Source: Candidatus Methylomirabilota bacterium (GTDB lineage: Bacteria > Methylomirabilota > Methylomirabilia > Rokubacteriales > CSP1-6). From it: 64,000 nt of DNA. The stretch is from positions 3,952 through 67,951 of the forward strand of contig DATEDO010000219.1 in NCBI GenBank assembly GCA_035281625.1. The letters run 5' to 3'. Positions within the stretch are counted from its first letter, which is position 1. Each line of letters begins with the position of its first letter. The notes beneath the pieces were generated by a model, which was not told the DNA's origin, made no database searches, and worked only from the letters and a program-made list of their open reading frames with translations. The position numbers and the translations under genes are program-made. This document shows, piece by piece, positions 9,428 through 18,600 of the stretch.

Positions 9428-11062
9428 TTACTTGTCGAGCCAGACGCTCATGAGGCGCCCGCCGTAGTCGTTGCCGATGTTGGGCGCGAAGTTCTTCACG
9501 TAGGGCTCCCAGGCCGAGATGACCCGGGCGGCCGGACTCACGAAGAACTGGTACACGTTCTGGGCGAAGTGGCGCTGGATGTCGAAGATGATCTCGCGCC
9601 GCTTCTTCTCGTCGAAGGTGCGCCGCTGCAGCAGGATCATCTCGTTGAGCTTGGCATCGTTCACGCCGGCGATGTTCTGCGGCCGCCCGGGCAGGAGGTT
9701 CATCAGGTAGGGGTCGGGCGTGGTGGCTCCGCCGCGCAGGGTGACGATCATCTTCTCGAAGTTCCGGGCCAGACTCGAGGCGATGAACGCATTGCCTTCC
9801 TTCAACTTGAGCTCGGTCTCGATACCCGCGCGCTTCCACTCGCTCAGAATGGCCGCCACGACGTCGGAGAACGCCGTGCCCCAGGTGCCGGTGGACTCCA
9901 CCGGCAGCTTGAGCCCGCTGTGCCCGGCCTGCGCGAGCAGCCGCCGAGCCCCCGCCGGGTCGGCCTCGTAGATCTGCCGGCCTTCCTGGGTGAGCTGACC
10001 GATCGGGATCGCCCACTCGGTGAGGGCCGCGGGCACGAGCGGATTGGCCGCGCCGTGCCCGTAGCCCATGGGGTTCACCTTGATCACCTCGTTGAGGTTC
10101 ACCGCCATGTGCAGGGCGCGGCGGACGCGAACGTCGCGGAAGGGCTCGACCTCGAGCTTCGGGATGGCGAGGGTGGAGATGAGCCACGTGTACTCGGCGG
10201 TCTGGATATTCGGCTTCCGCCGCTTGACGACCTCGAGGTCGGCGCGCTGGAACGTCATGTGGATCTCGGGCGCGAAGTCGTACTGGCCGGAGAGCCAGGC
10301 GGCGAGCTTCGAGGCGGGGTCAGTGTCGACGCGGAACTCGATGCCGTCCGCGTAGGGGAGCCCCGACTGGAAGTAGTTGGGGTTGCGCACGAAGGTGAGG
10401 CGCACGTTGGGCTCGTAGCGCTCCAGCATCCAGGGGCCGGTGCCGATCACCGTCTCCGGCGTCTTGAACATGCCGTCCTTGTCGGCCGCTTCCTTGGGAA
10501 GGATGGGGGCCACCGCCGGGCTCTCCAGGAACCACGCGAACGGCTCCTTCATGGTGAACCGTACGGTGTGGCGGTCGAGCGCCTCCACCTTGTCGATCTC
10601 CTCGAAGGCCGCCCGGTTGGGGTTGCCCTTGACGGTGAGCGCCCGCTGGAACGTGAAGACCACGTCCTCCGCGGTGACCTCGCGCCCGTTCACGGGGGGC
10701 TTCGCGTGGAAGCGCACGCCCTTGCGGAGCTTGAAGATGTAGGTGGTGTCGTTGGGCCGCTCCCAGGACTCGGCCAGATGCGGCTCGATGGGGAGAGTTC
10801 CCGGCTGCACGCTCGGGCCGGCCTTGTGGCGCACCAGCCCGCCATGGGTCAACGACGTGTAGATGAACGTCCACCAGTGCGGCGTCTGATGGGGATCGAA
10901 GTGCGGCGGGTCGAAGCCGGCCAGGCGCAGGACCCCGCCCCGCTTGGGCGTCTGCGCGGCGGCGGGGCCGGGACGCAGGAGGTCGAGCGGGCCCACCGCG
11001 GCGGCGGCGCCCGCGAGCTTCAAGAGTTCGCGGCGGCTGACGGTGCCGGGATCCTGATCCAT
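9428..11062 (-). CDS. ABC transporter substrate-binding protein, family 5 (peptide/nickel/opine type, DppA/OppA-like) with Tat signal
   Basis: 544 aa. The N-terminus is SRRELLKLAGAAAAVGP (twin-arginine). The SBP_bac_5 fold is present. GGGAGGAA lies 5 nt upstream of the ATG at 11062. Confidence 0.85.
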   Translation of the reverse strand: MDQDPGTVSRRELLKLAGAAAAVGPLDLLRPGPAAAQTPKRGGVLRLAGFDPPHFDPHQTPHWWTFIYTSLTHGGLVRHKAGPSVQPGTLPIEPHLAESWERPNDTTYIFKLRKGVRFHAKPPVNGREVTAEDVVFTFQRALTVKGNPNRAAFEEIDKVEALDRHTVRFTMKEPFAWFLESPAVAPILPKEAADKDGMFKTPETVIGTGPWMLERYEPNVRLTFVRNPNYFQSGLPYADGIEFRVDTDPASKLAAWLSGQYDFAPEIHMTFQRADLEVVKRRKPNIQTAEYTWLISTLAIPKLEVEPFRDVRVRRALHMAVNLNEVIKVNPMGYGHGAANPLVPAALTEWAIPIGQLTQEGRQIYEADPAGARRLLAQAGHSGLKLPVESTGTWGTAFSDVVAAILSEWKRAGIETELKLKEGNAFIASSLARNFEKMIVTLRGGATTPDPYLMNLLPGRPQNIAGVNDAKLNEMILLQRRTFDEKKRREIIFDIQRHFAQNVYQFFVSPAARVISAWEPYVKNFAPNIGNDYGGRLMSVWLDK

Positions 11063-11194
11063 GGCGCTTCCTCCCCAGTGAGGATCGATGGCGGTGGATG
11101 GGGCGACCGCCGAACGGGCCCGCGCGATTCGCGCGATGAAGCGGGACGTGCGGGGATCCTAGCGGACGTGAGTGGGGGCGTCAAGCCCGGCGAA

Positions 11195-11245
11195 ACCGCG
11201 ATCGCGTTGCAATCGCCGCGTGACCTGTTCCATACTACCGGCTCC
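11195..11245 (+). promoter_or_regulatory. Candidate promoter of the sugar ABC operon in the 220-bp divergent intergenic region
   Basis: The plus strand reads TTGCAA-18nt-CATACT, about 45 nt upstream of the GGGAGGAG RBS. This is weak evidence. Confidence 0.2.
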
Positions 11246-11281
11246 GCGGAGACGGCGCGCGGCGGCGCGCGGGAGGAGCCA

Positions 11282-12643
11282 ATGAGCGACTCGGTTCCGG
11301 CTGGACGGTTCAACGCAGGACGCCGCCGGCTGCTCGCCGGCGCGGCGCTGGCAGCCGGCAGTCATCTCGTGCCGCGGCGCGCACGCGCGCAGGGCGCCGC
11401 CCCCTGGGGCGCCCGCCCCGCCGGCAATCCCGCGAACGTCACCTTCGTCGTCTGGCAGTACGGCAACATCTACCAGCAGATCGCCAAGCAATTCGAGGAG
11501 GATTGGGGGGTCAAGGTCAACCAGATCATCGAACCCAATGTCGAGCCGCAGGTGGCCAAGCTCACCGCAATGTACGCGGCGGGCGATCAGGTGGACGTCT
11601 CGCTGTCGCCCATGCAGTACCTGGCCAGCTACATCGACCAGGGCATTGCCACGCCGCTCGACGGGCTGCCTGGGTTGGAGCAGTACGTGAAGGACTTCAC
11701 GCCGTTCACCCGCGCCATCGCCCAGCGCGACGGCAAGACCTGGGGTCTGCCCTACTTCTCGACCTCGTGGGTGTTCATCTACAACGATGAGTTGCTCGCC
11801 AAGGCGGGGTTCAAGGGCAAGCCGTTCAAGAGCTACCCGGAGCTCATCGATCAGGCGCGCAAGGCCAAGCGCGATGGCGTGAGCAAGTACCCGATCCTGT
11901 GGATCGGCGGCGCCGGCTTCGAGCAGCTGCCCGGGACCTGGTTCAGCCTCACCTGCAACCGAGGCGGGGTGATCTTCGACAAGCAGCTGCAGCCGCAGCT
12001 CGGGCCGGGCTCGGTGGCGCGCGAGACGCTGAAGTGGTGGCAGTCGACCTTCAAGGACGAGCTGGCCGACCCGGCCTCGCTCAACGTCCGCTTCATCCCC
12101 GCGGTCAAGGCGTTCAACGCGGGCCAGCACGTCTACCTGGGCACGCTGCACCACTACTACATCAACCTGGTGAACGATGCCGCGCAGTCGCCGCTCGCGG
12201 GCAAGGGGCGCGTGGTCGGTCATCCCGGCGAGGGCAAGACCATCGGCTACACCATGCTCTACATCCTCACCGGGGCCACCAAGCAGCGCGAGTGGGCGTG
12301 GAAGCTCCTCCAGTACCTGGGCGGGCGCACCAAGAACGGGGAGTACACCCAGGCCAACCGCCTGGCCGCCGACGCCATGCTGGGCAGCGGCTACCAGTCG
12401 GTGATGGACAGCGAGCACCTTCGGAAGTCCTGGGCGAAGTGGGCGGACGTCCCCACGCTGCTCGACGTGTGGAAGCGCGCGGTGAACTTCTCGGACGTCG
12501 TGCCCGCGGTCTCGCAGAAGTGGTACCCCCGCTGGAGCGACGCCATCAACGTCGAGCTGACCGCGTGCCTTCAGGGCAAGATCACTGCCGACCAGGCGTG
12601 CGACAACATGGTCGCGGCGGTGGCGAAGGCGAAGCAGGCCTGA
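11282..12643 (+). CDS. Sugar ABC transporter substrate-binding protein (extracellular solute-binding family 1) with Tat signal
   Basis: 453 aa from the ATG at 11282, preceded by GGGAGGAG. The N-terminus is RRRLLAGAALAAGSHLVPRRARAQ. The long ORF-track N-terminal extension (9569..) is antisense to the family-5 binding-protein gene and is rejected. Confidence 0.85.
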   Translation: MSDSVPAGRFNAGRRRLLAGAALAAGSHLVPRRARAQGAAPWGARPAGNPANVTFVVWQYGNIYQQIAKQFEEDWGVKVNQIIEPNVEPQVAKLTAMYAAGDQVDVSLSPMQYLASYIDQGIATPLDGLPGLEQYVKDFTPFTRAIAQRDGKTWGLPYFSTSWVFIYNDELLAKAGFKGKPFKSYPELIDQARKAKRDGVSKYPILWIGGAGFEQLPGTWFSLTCNRGGVIFDKQLQPQLGPGSVARETLKWWQSTFKDELADPASLNVRFIPAVKAFNAGQHVYLGTLHHYYINLVNDAAQSPLAGKGRVVGHPGEGKTIGYTMLYILTGATKQREWAWKLLQYLGGRTKNGEYTQANRLAADAMLGSGYQSVMDSEHLRKSWAKWADVPTLLDVWKRAVNFSDVVPAVSQKWYPRWSDAINVELTACLQGKITADQACDNMVAAVAKAKQA

Positions 12644-12657
12644 TCGCCCGGCGCGCC

Positions 12658-13554
12658 GTGCGCCGGGAGATCTCCGCGCCGCGCCTGGCCCTGCTCCTCA
12701 ACGGGCCGGCGCTCCTGTGCCTCGCCCTGGTCCTCGCGTACCCCGTGCTCTACGCGGGGTTCCTGTCCTTTCACGAGGTCAGCATCCGCCAGCTCCGGAC
12801 CGGAGAGCTGCCGTTCGCGGGGTTGGCGAACTATGCGCGGCTCCTCCACGACGGCGTCTTCTGGCTGGCCCTGGGCCACAGCGCGATCTTCGTGGCCGCA
12901 TCGGTCGTGCTCGAGGTGGTGCTGGGGCTGGCGGTGGCCCTGGTCATCGACGAGGAGCGCGTGGCGATCTCGCGGGTCACGCGCTTCCTCCTGCTCGTGC
13001 CGTGGGCAGTGCCGCCCATCGTCAACGGCCTGCTCTGGTCGTTCATCTTCAACGCGCAGTTCGGCTACCTGAACCGCGTGCTGCACACCGTCGGCCTGAT
13101 CTCGGCGCCGGTCAACTGGCTCGGCGACGGTCGCACCGCGCTGGCCGCGGTGATCGTCGCCTACGTCTGGCGCACCACGCCCTTCAACATCTTGCTCTAC
13201 CACGCCGCCCTTCAGGGAATCCCACGCGAGCTGCACGAGGCGGCCGAGGTCGACGGCGCCTCCGCCTGGCGGCGCTGGTGGGCGATCACGCTGCCGCTGC
13301 TGCGTCCGGTCATCGCGGTGAGCTTGATCCTGCGTACCACCTTCGCCTTCATGGTGTTCGACGAGATCCTGGCCATCACCCAGGGCGGTCCGGGCAACGA
13401 CACCTGGGTCGCCGCCTGGTACACGTACCGCATGGCCTTTCAGCCCCCCTTCGACGTGGGCCTGGGCGCGGCCTCCGCGTACGTGCTGGCCCTGATCGTG
13501 GGGATGGCCGCGCTGCTCTACGTGCGCCTGGTGTACCGGCGCGTGGAGTACTGA
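12658..13554 (+). CDS. Sugar ABC transporter permease (MalF/UgpA-type, first membrane subunit)
   Basis: About 298 aa. A GTG at 12658 is the proposed start, but the start is uncertain. A polar-residue variant of the EAA motif sits in a cytoplasmic loop (EAAEVDGASAWRRWWAITLP). There are six predicted TM segments. Confidence 0.75.
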   Translation: MRREISAPRLALLLNGPALLCLALVLAYPVLYAGFLSFHEVSIRQLRTGELPFAGLANYARLLHDGVFWLALGHSAIFVAASVVLEVVLGLAVALVIDEERVAISRVTRFLLLVPWAVPPIVNGLLWSFIFNAQFGYLNRVLHTVGLISAPVNWLGDGRTALAAVIVAYVWRTTPFNILLYHAALQGIPRELHEAAEVDGASAWRRWWAITLPLLRPVIAVSLILRTTFAFMVFDEILAITQGGPGNDTWVAAWYTYRMAFQPPFDVGLGAASAYVLALIVGMAALLYVRLVYRRVEY

Positions 13555-13556
13555 CG

Positions 13557-14444
13557 GTGCGCCGACTCTCGCGTCGCACCCGTCTCGCGCTGGTCATCGC
13601 GAACCTCGCCGCGATCGGCTTCTTGATCGGGCCGCTGGTGCCGGTGGTGGTGGGCAGCCTGCAGTCCGAGCGCACCATGCAGCGCGACGTGTTCGCGCTG
13701 CTCCCGCGTGAGGTCACGCTGGAGAACTTCCGGCTGATCCTCTCCGGCGGCCGTGACAAGGGCCCGATCTTCGACCAGGTCACCTATCTGCCCGCCTCGG
13801 TGGGGCGCTTTCCCTCGGCCTTCCGCAACAGCACCGTCGTCGCGCTGGCCGTCACCGGGCTGGCCCTGGCCATTGCGAGCCTGTCCGCCTACGCGATCGT
13901 ACGGCTGCCCACGCGACTGACCCGGACGCTTTTCACGGGCAGCGTGGTCGCCCGCATGGTGCCTCTGGTGGTGCTCATCGTGCCGATGTACGTGCTGTTC
14001 CGCCGCTACGAGCTGCTGAACACGCTCACCGGCGTGGTCTGCGCCGAAGTGGGCTTCCTCGTACCCTACGCCGTGCTGATCCTCGCTCCCTACTTCGCGG
14101 CATTGCCCGCCGAGCTCGAGGAGGCCGCGCGCATCGACGGCTGCACGCGGGTGGGGGCGTTCTGGCGTATCGTGCTGCCGCTGTCCACCCCGGGCCTGGC
14201 CGCGTGCGCGGTCGTGCTTTTCATCATCTCGTGGCACGAGCTGTTGATCCCGCTGGTGCTGGCCTCCCGCCCGGAGGTGACGACGCTTCCGGTGATCCTC
14301 TCCGGCCTGGTCTCCGACTACTTCGTGTTCTTCACGCTGATGATGGCGATTTGCCTGCTCGGCATGATCCCCACCGTGGTGCTGGTGCTGTTGCTGCAGC
14401 GCTTTGTCGTGCGAGGTCTGGTGGCAGGAGCGGTGAAAGGATGA
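13557..14444 (+). CDS. Sugar ABC transporter permease (MalG/UgpE-type, second membrane subunit)
   Basis: 295 aa from the GTG at 13557, 2 nt after the upstream stop. EAARIDGCTRVGAFWRIVLPL is the EAA loop. Confidence 0.8.
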   Translation: MRRLSRRTRLALVIANLAAIGFLIGPLVPVVVGSLQSERTMQRDVFALLPREVTLENFRLILSGGRDKGPIFDQVTYLPASVGRFPSAFRNSTVVALAVTGLALAIASLSAYAIVRLPTRLTRTLFTGSVVARMVPLVVLIVPMYVLFRRYELLNTLTGVVCAEVGFLVPYAVLILAPYFAALPAELEEAARIDGCTRVGAFWRIVLPLSTPGLAACAVVLFIISWHELLIPLVLASRPEVTTLPVILSGLVSDYFVFFTLMMAICLLGMIPTVVLVLLLQRFVVRGLVAGAVKG

Positions 14445-15484
14445 GCGTGCGCTTTGCCCTCCTCGGCCACGGCTTGTGGGGCGCGCACCACGCCCGGGCC
14501 ATTGCGCGCACGCCCGGCGCCGAGCTGGTGGCCATCGCCGCGCGTACCGAGGCGGCGGCGGCGCGGGCGAGCCATCCCACCGCGGTGGTCGTGGCCGACT
14601 GGCGGGCGTGCATCGCCCGCGCCGACGTCGACGTGGTCGATGTGGTGTTGCCCGATGACATGCATGAAGAGGTGGCGGTGGCCGCGCTGGAAGCGGGCAA
14701 GCACGTGCTGCTGGAGAAGCCCATGGCCACCACGCTGGCGGGCTGCGATCGCATTCTGCGCGCGGCGCGGGCCGCCGGCCGCGTGCTCTGCGTGGGCCAC
14801 GAGCTCCGCTTGTCCAGCCAGTGGGGCGCCATCCGCGGACTGCTCGACGCGGGGCGGCTCGGTCGGCCCCTGCATGTGTTCGTCTCGCTATGGCGCCGCC
14901 CCTACCGCGGGGGGAGCGAGGGCTGGCGCTACGACCGGGCGCGCGTCGGCTCGTGGCTTCTCGAGGAGACCATCCACTATCTCGATCTGGCCCTCTGGTA
15001 CCTGGAGTCGCTGGGACCGCCGGTGGCGGTGGTCGCGGCGGGGAACAGCAAGGGGCGCGAGCCCGGCCTCTACGACAACTTCTCCACGCTGATCCGCTGG
15101 CCCGACGGCGCCCACGCCACCATCAACCAGACGCTCGCCGGCTTCGGCCACCACCAGGCCGTCCACGTGGTGGGGACGGCCGGCTCGGTGCGCGCCACCT
15201 GGTCGGCGAGCATGGACCGCACGCGGCAGGCGACCGCGCTCGTCGAGGTGCTGGAGGGGCTCACCGGCCACGAGCGCTTCGACGTCGGCGAGCCGTCGGT
15301 GCTGCCGCTTGCCGCGCCCTCGGGGGAGCTCTACGAGCTGGAGGCGGAGATCGCGGCCATGGTGGACGCGGTGCGCACCGGGCGGCCGTTCATGCCGCCC
15401 GAGGCGGCTCGGCGGGCGGTGGCCGTGTGCCTGGCCGCGGAGGAGTCGGCGCGGACCGGCCGCGAGATGGCGCTCGCCGTCTGA
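14441..15484 (+). CDS. Gfo/Idh/MocA family NAD(P)-dependent oxidoreductase
   Basis: 347 aa. The ATG at 14441 overlaps the permease stop (ATGA). The N-terminal Rossmann segment is RFALLGHGLWGAHHARAI, with EKP in the catalytic region. Confidence 0.85.
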   Translation: MSVRFALLGHGLWGAHHARAIARTPGAELVAIAARTEAAAARASHPTAVVVADWRACIARADVDVVDVVLPDDMHEEVAVAALEAGKHVLLEKPMATTLAGCDRILRAARAAGRVLCVGHELRLSSQWGAIRGLLDAGRLGRPLHVFVSLWRRPYRGGSEGWRYDRARVGSWLLEETIHYLDLALWYLESLGPPVAVVAAGNSKGREPGLYDNFSTLIRWPDGAHATINQTLAGFGHHQAVHVVGTAGSVRATWSASMDRTRQATALVEVLEGLTGHERFDVGEPSVLPLAAPSGELYELEAEIAAMVDAVRTGRPFMPPEAARRAVAVCLAAEESARTGREMALAV

Positions 15485-15616
15485 GCCGCCGCACGCCGGC
15501 CCTACACAGGCATCCCGCCCGGGCGGCGACAGCCTCAAGAGGGCGCGGCCCCGGCGTCTCGACCGGGTCGGCAACCGGGAGCTCGGCCAGCTTACGCCGG
15601 CCGGCGGGCGTGACGG

Positions 15617-18600
15617 TCAGCGCCCGGTCAGGCTCGGGGGGACGAGCGGCCGGTGCTGCACGTCCGGGGACTGTCCGGGCCAGAGCTGGAAGCCGGTCCA
15701 TCGCCAGTCCCGGAAGCGATTCACGTAGAGGCGGCCGGCCGGATCGATGCCGGCGGCGAGCAGCTCCGCGGGCCCGATGGCCACCATGCCCGCGATCACC
15801 ACGAGCGGGCCTGGCGGCGTGTCCACTTGCCACTCGAGCGGCCCGATCTCCCCGTCCCGGAGCGCGCGAAGGATACGCGCCGGCGGCGGGCTCGACGAGG
15901 TCGCCGAGACCAGGCGTCGATCGCCGGTGGTGAGCACGACGAGGCGCGTCGGGCCGAGCGCGCTCAGCGTGATCACATCGTACGCGTTGCCTCCGATCGG
16001 GGCGAAGCCTGGGGGAGCTACCCCGAGCGGACGGAGGCGCCCCGGAAGATCGCTCGGCGCCACGTGGCGATGATACATGCGTCCCTGCGCCTCGTCGGCC
16101 ACGACGAGATCGACATTGCCATCCCCCCAGCTGGACGCCGCGAGCGACCCGAAGACGGTGGCGCGCACGGGGAAATCGCTCGGCAAGAGCACGCCGGCCG
16201 ACCACTGCGCATCCGCGAAGCGCCAGCGGTGCACGCGCTGATCGCTCAGTACCGCGAAGAGCTCGAGGCGCCCCGCGCCGACGCCGATCAAGGCCGGCGC
16301 CGAGAGCGCATTGTTCGCTCCGGGAATCGCGGAAGGCCCACTCCACTGGCCCTGGCGATAGCGCCAGTGCCTGAGCGAGCGATCGCTGCCCATCGCGACC
16401 AGCTCGAGCTGATCGCCGACGGCAACGGCGACGGGACGAGCGGCGGCGGCGATCCCCGGCCGCGGGTCCACCGCCACGTCGATGGGCAGGGCGCCGTCGA
16501 GATAGCGGAGATGCCGCAGCCGGTCATCGGCGCCCACGTAGACCACGTCCACGACACCCGGTCCGGTGGCGATGGCGGTCGGCTCGGCGAGGTAGCCCGG
16601 CACCGCGACGGCGCGACCGCCGGTGAAGCGCGCCGGGATCCCGTCGCCGAGATGCGCCCGCTGGAGCCCGGCATCCGCCCCGACCACGACGAGGTCGCCG
16701 TGACGATCCGTGACGGCCAGCGCGGGCAAGCCCACCATGTCCGGCCACCCCGACCGCTCCCAGCCGCGCCAGTGCACCGCTGCCCACGGCCATCGCCCCC
16801 AGCGCGCGGCGCGATAACTGTTGTGCCACATCGGCCGCGCGGCGGACGCCGGAGTATCCCAGGCCTTGGCCATGAGATGCACCTGGCCATCCCGTGTCAC
16901 GGCCGCCGCGACCCCGCCCGCCACGCGGGGCGCCGGAACTATGCCAGAGCGCTCGAGCGGCAGGCCGACCGCGCTCCAGCCCTGCCACCCTGGGGCCCAG
17001 TTGCGCCCGTCGTTGCCGCCGGCGGCCCACGTGAAGTGATTGTGCCGGAGTCTCCGATCGCTCCCGGTGACGAGCAGCTCGAGCCGCCGGTAGCCTGAGC
17101 AGGCCAGCGTGGGGTCGCCCGCGCCGGCGAGCCCGGTCAGCGTCGTCGACGGCGACCACGACACCCCGGAGCTCCCCACGTTTGGCCGAAAGACGTCGAT
17201 TCCCGCCCAAAGCGGTTGATGCACCAGTGTGCCGTCGGTCCGCCGATAGGCCACGTCCACCCGTCCGTCACCGCAGGCGGCCGCCGAGGGGGCGCCGGCC
17301 AGGGTGGCGCCCGGGATGTTGAAGGCCGAGCCCCAGAGGCCGGTCTCGAGGTCGAAGGCCATCACGACGAGGCGCGAAGCCTGGTCGGCGAAGATCAGCA
17401 CGAGCTTGTTGGCCGCCTGCACCAGGATCGGATCGCGAAACGGCGGCGCGGCAACGACGCGCGGGGCCGCGAGCGCGCTCGCGGCCTGCCAGGCGCCGTC
17501 GAGGCGCCGCACGTGATGGAGCCGCCCGTCCACCGAGCGCAGGACGACCTCGAGCTGGCCCGCGGCCGTGGTGACCGCGGCCGGCCGGTGCGCGTCGAAG
17601 GTGACGCCCGGGGGCGAGGCCGGCGTCGCCACCTGGCTCCACGCGCCGCCGCGCAACGTCGCGTGCAGCAGCCGGCCGCTCGTGCTGACCGCGAGGGCGT
17701 CGAGTCGATCACCGCCTGCGCTCAGGAGCGCGGGGTCCCCCGCCATCGCCTGGTCGAGCGGGACCGAAGCGAAGGTGCCGCCGCCTCCGGACTCGCGGCG
17801 CCCGTGGTAGAGGCGGCCCCCGCCGCCTCGCACCGCGACGTGCAGCGTGGGCTCGGGGACTTCGGGGCGCGCCAGATACGTGGACCGAAGCCGCGGCGGC
17901 GGCGGGGCGGTCACGGCGAACTGCATCACATCGGCTCGTCCGCCGCCGTCGAAGTCGCCGGCCAGCACGACCATGTCGGCCGACGTGTCCCAGCGGGCCC
18001 ATTGTCGCGTCGAGAAGCCGGTCCCCGTCGAGGCGCCCACCCAGAGGCCGTACTCCGCCGTCCCGCTGAGGGGCACGTCGAACTTCATGACGTCGGTCTT
18101 GCCGTCGCCGGTGAAGTCGCCCGCGAGTACCTTCATCTCTCGATAGGTGTCCCAGCGCGCCCACTCGGTGGTGGTGAAGCGGCCCCCGTCGGAGAGGCCG
18201 ACCCAGAGGCCGAGCTGCGCCACGCCGCCGGAGGGCACGTCGAATTTCATGACGTCGGTCTTGCCGTCGCCGTTGAAGTCCCCGGTGAGCACCTTCATCT
18301 CGTGATAGGTGTCCCAGGTCGCCCACGGGGCGGCGGCGAACTGGAAGCTCGCCCCGTCGGACAGCCCCACCCGCAGGCCCGAGGCCCGCACGCCGCTCAG
18401 CGGCACCTCGATGGTGAGCACGTCCGTCTTGCCATCGCCGTTGAAGTCGCCCACCACGACCTGCCACGCCTGGGGGACGATGGCCGCCGACCATCGGCTG
18501 AAATGGAACGCGCGGCCGTCGGAGAGGCCCACCCAGATCCCCGACATGTACTGGTCCCTGATCAGCACATCGGTCTTCCCGTCGCCGTTGAAATCGCCGG

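Noticed and set aside
11062-11282. Small peptide or sRNA in the 220-bp divergent intergenic region
   Set aside because: It has no ORF with an RBS and no convincing terminator. Only a weak promoter-like hexamer pair was noted.
9569-12643. 1024-aa ORF on the plus strand
   Set aside because: Only the last 453 codons (from the ATG at 11282 with an RBS) are a real sugar-binding protein. The first 570 codons are antisense to the family-5 binding-protein gene.
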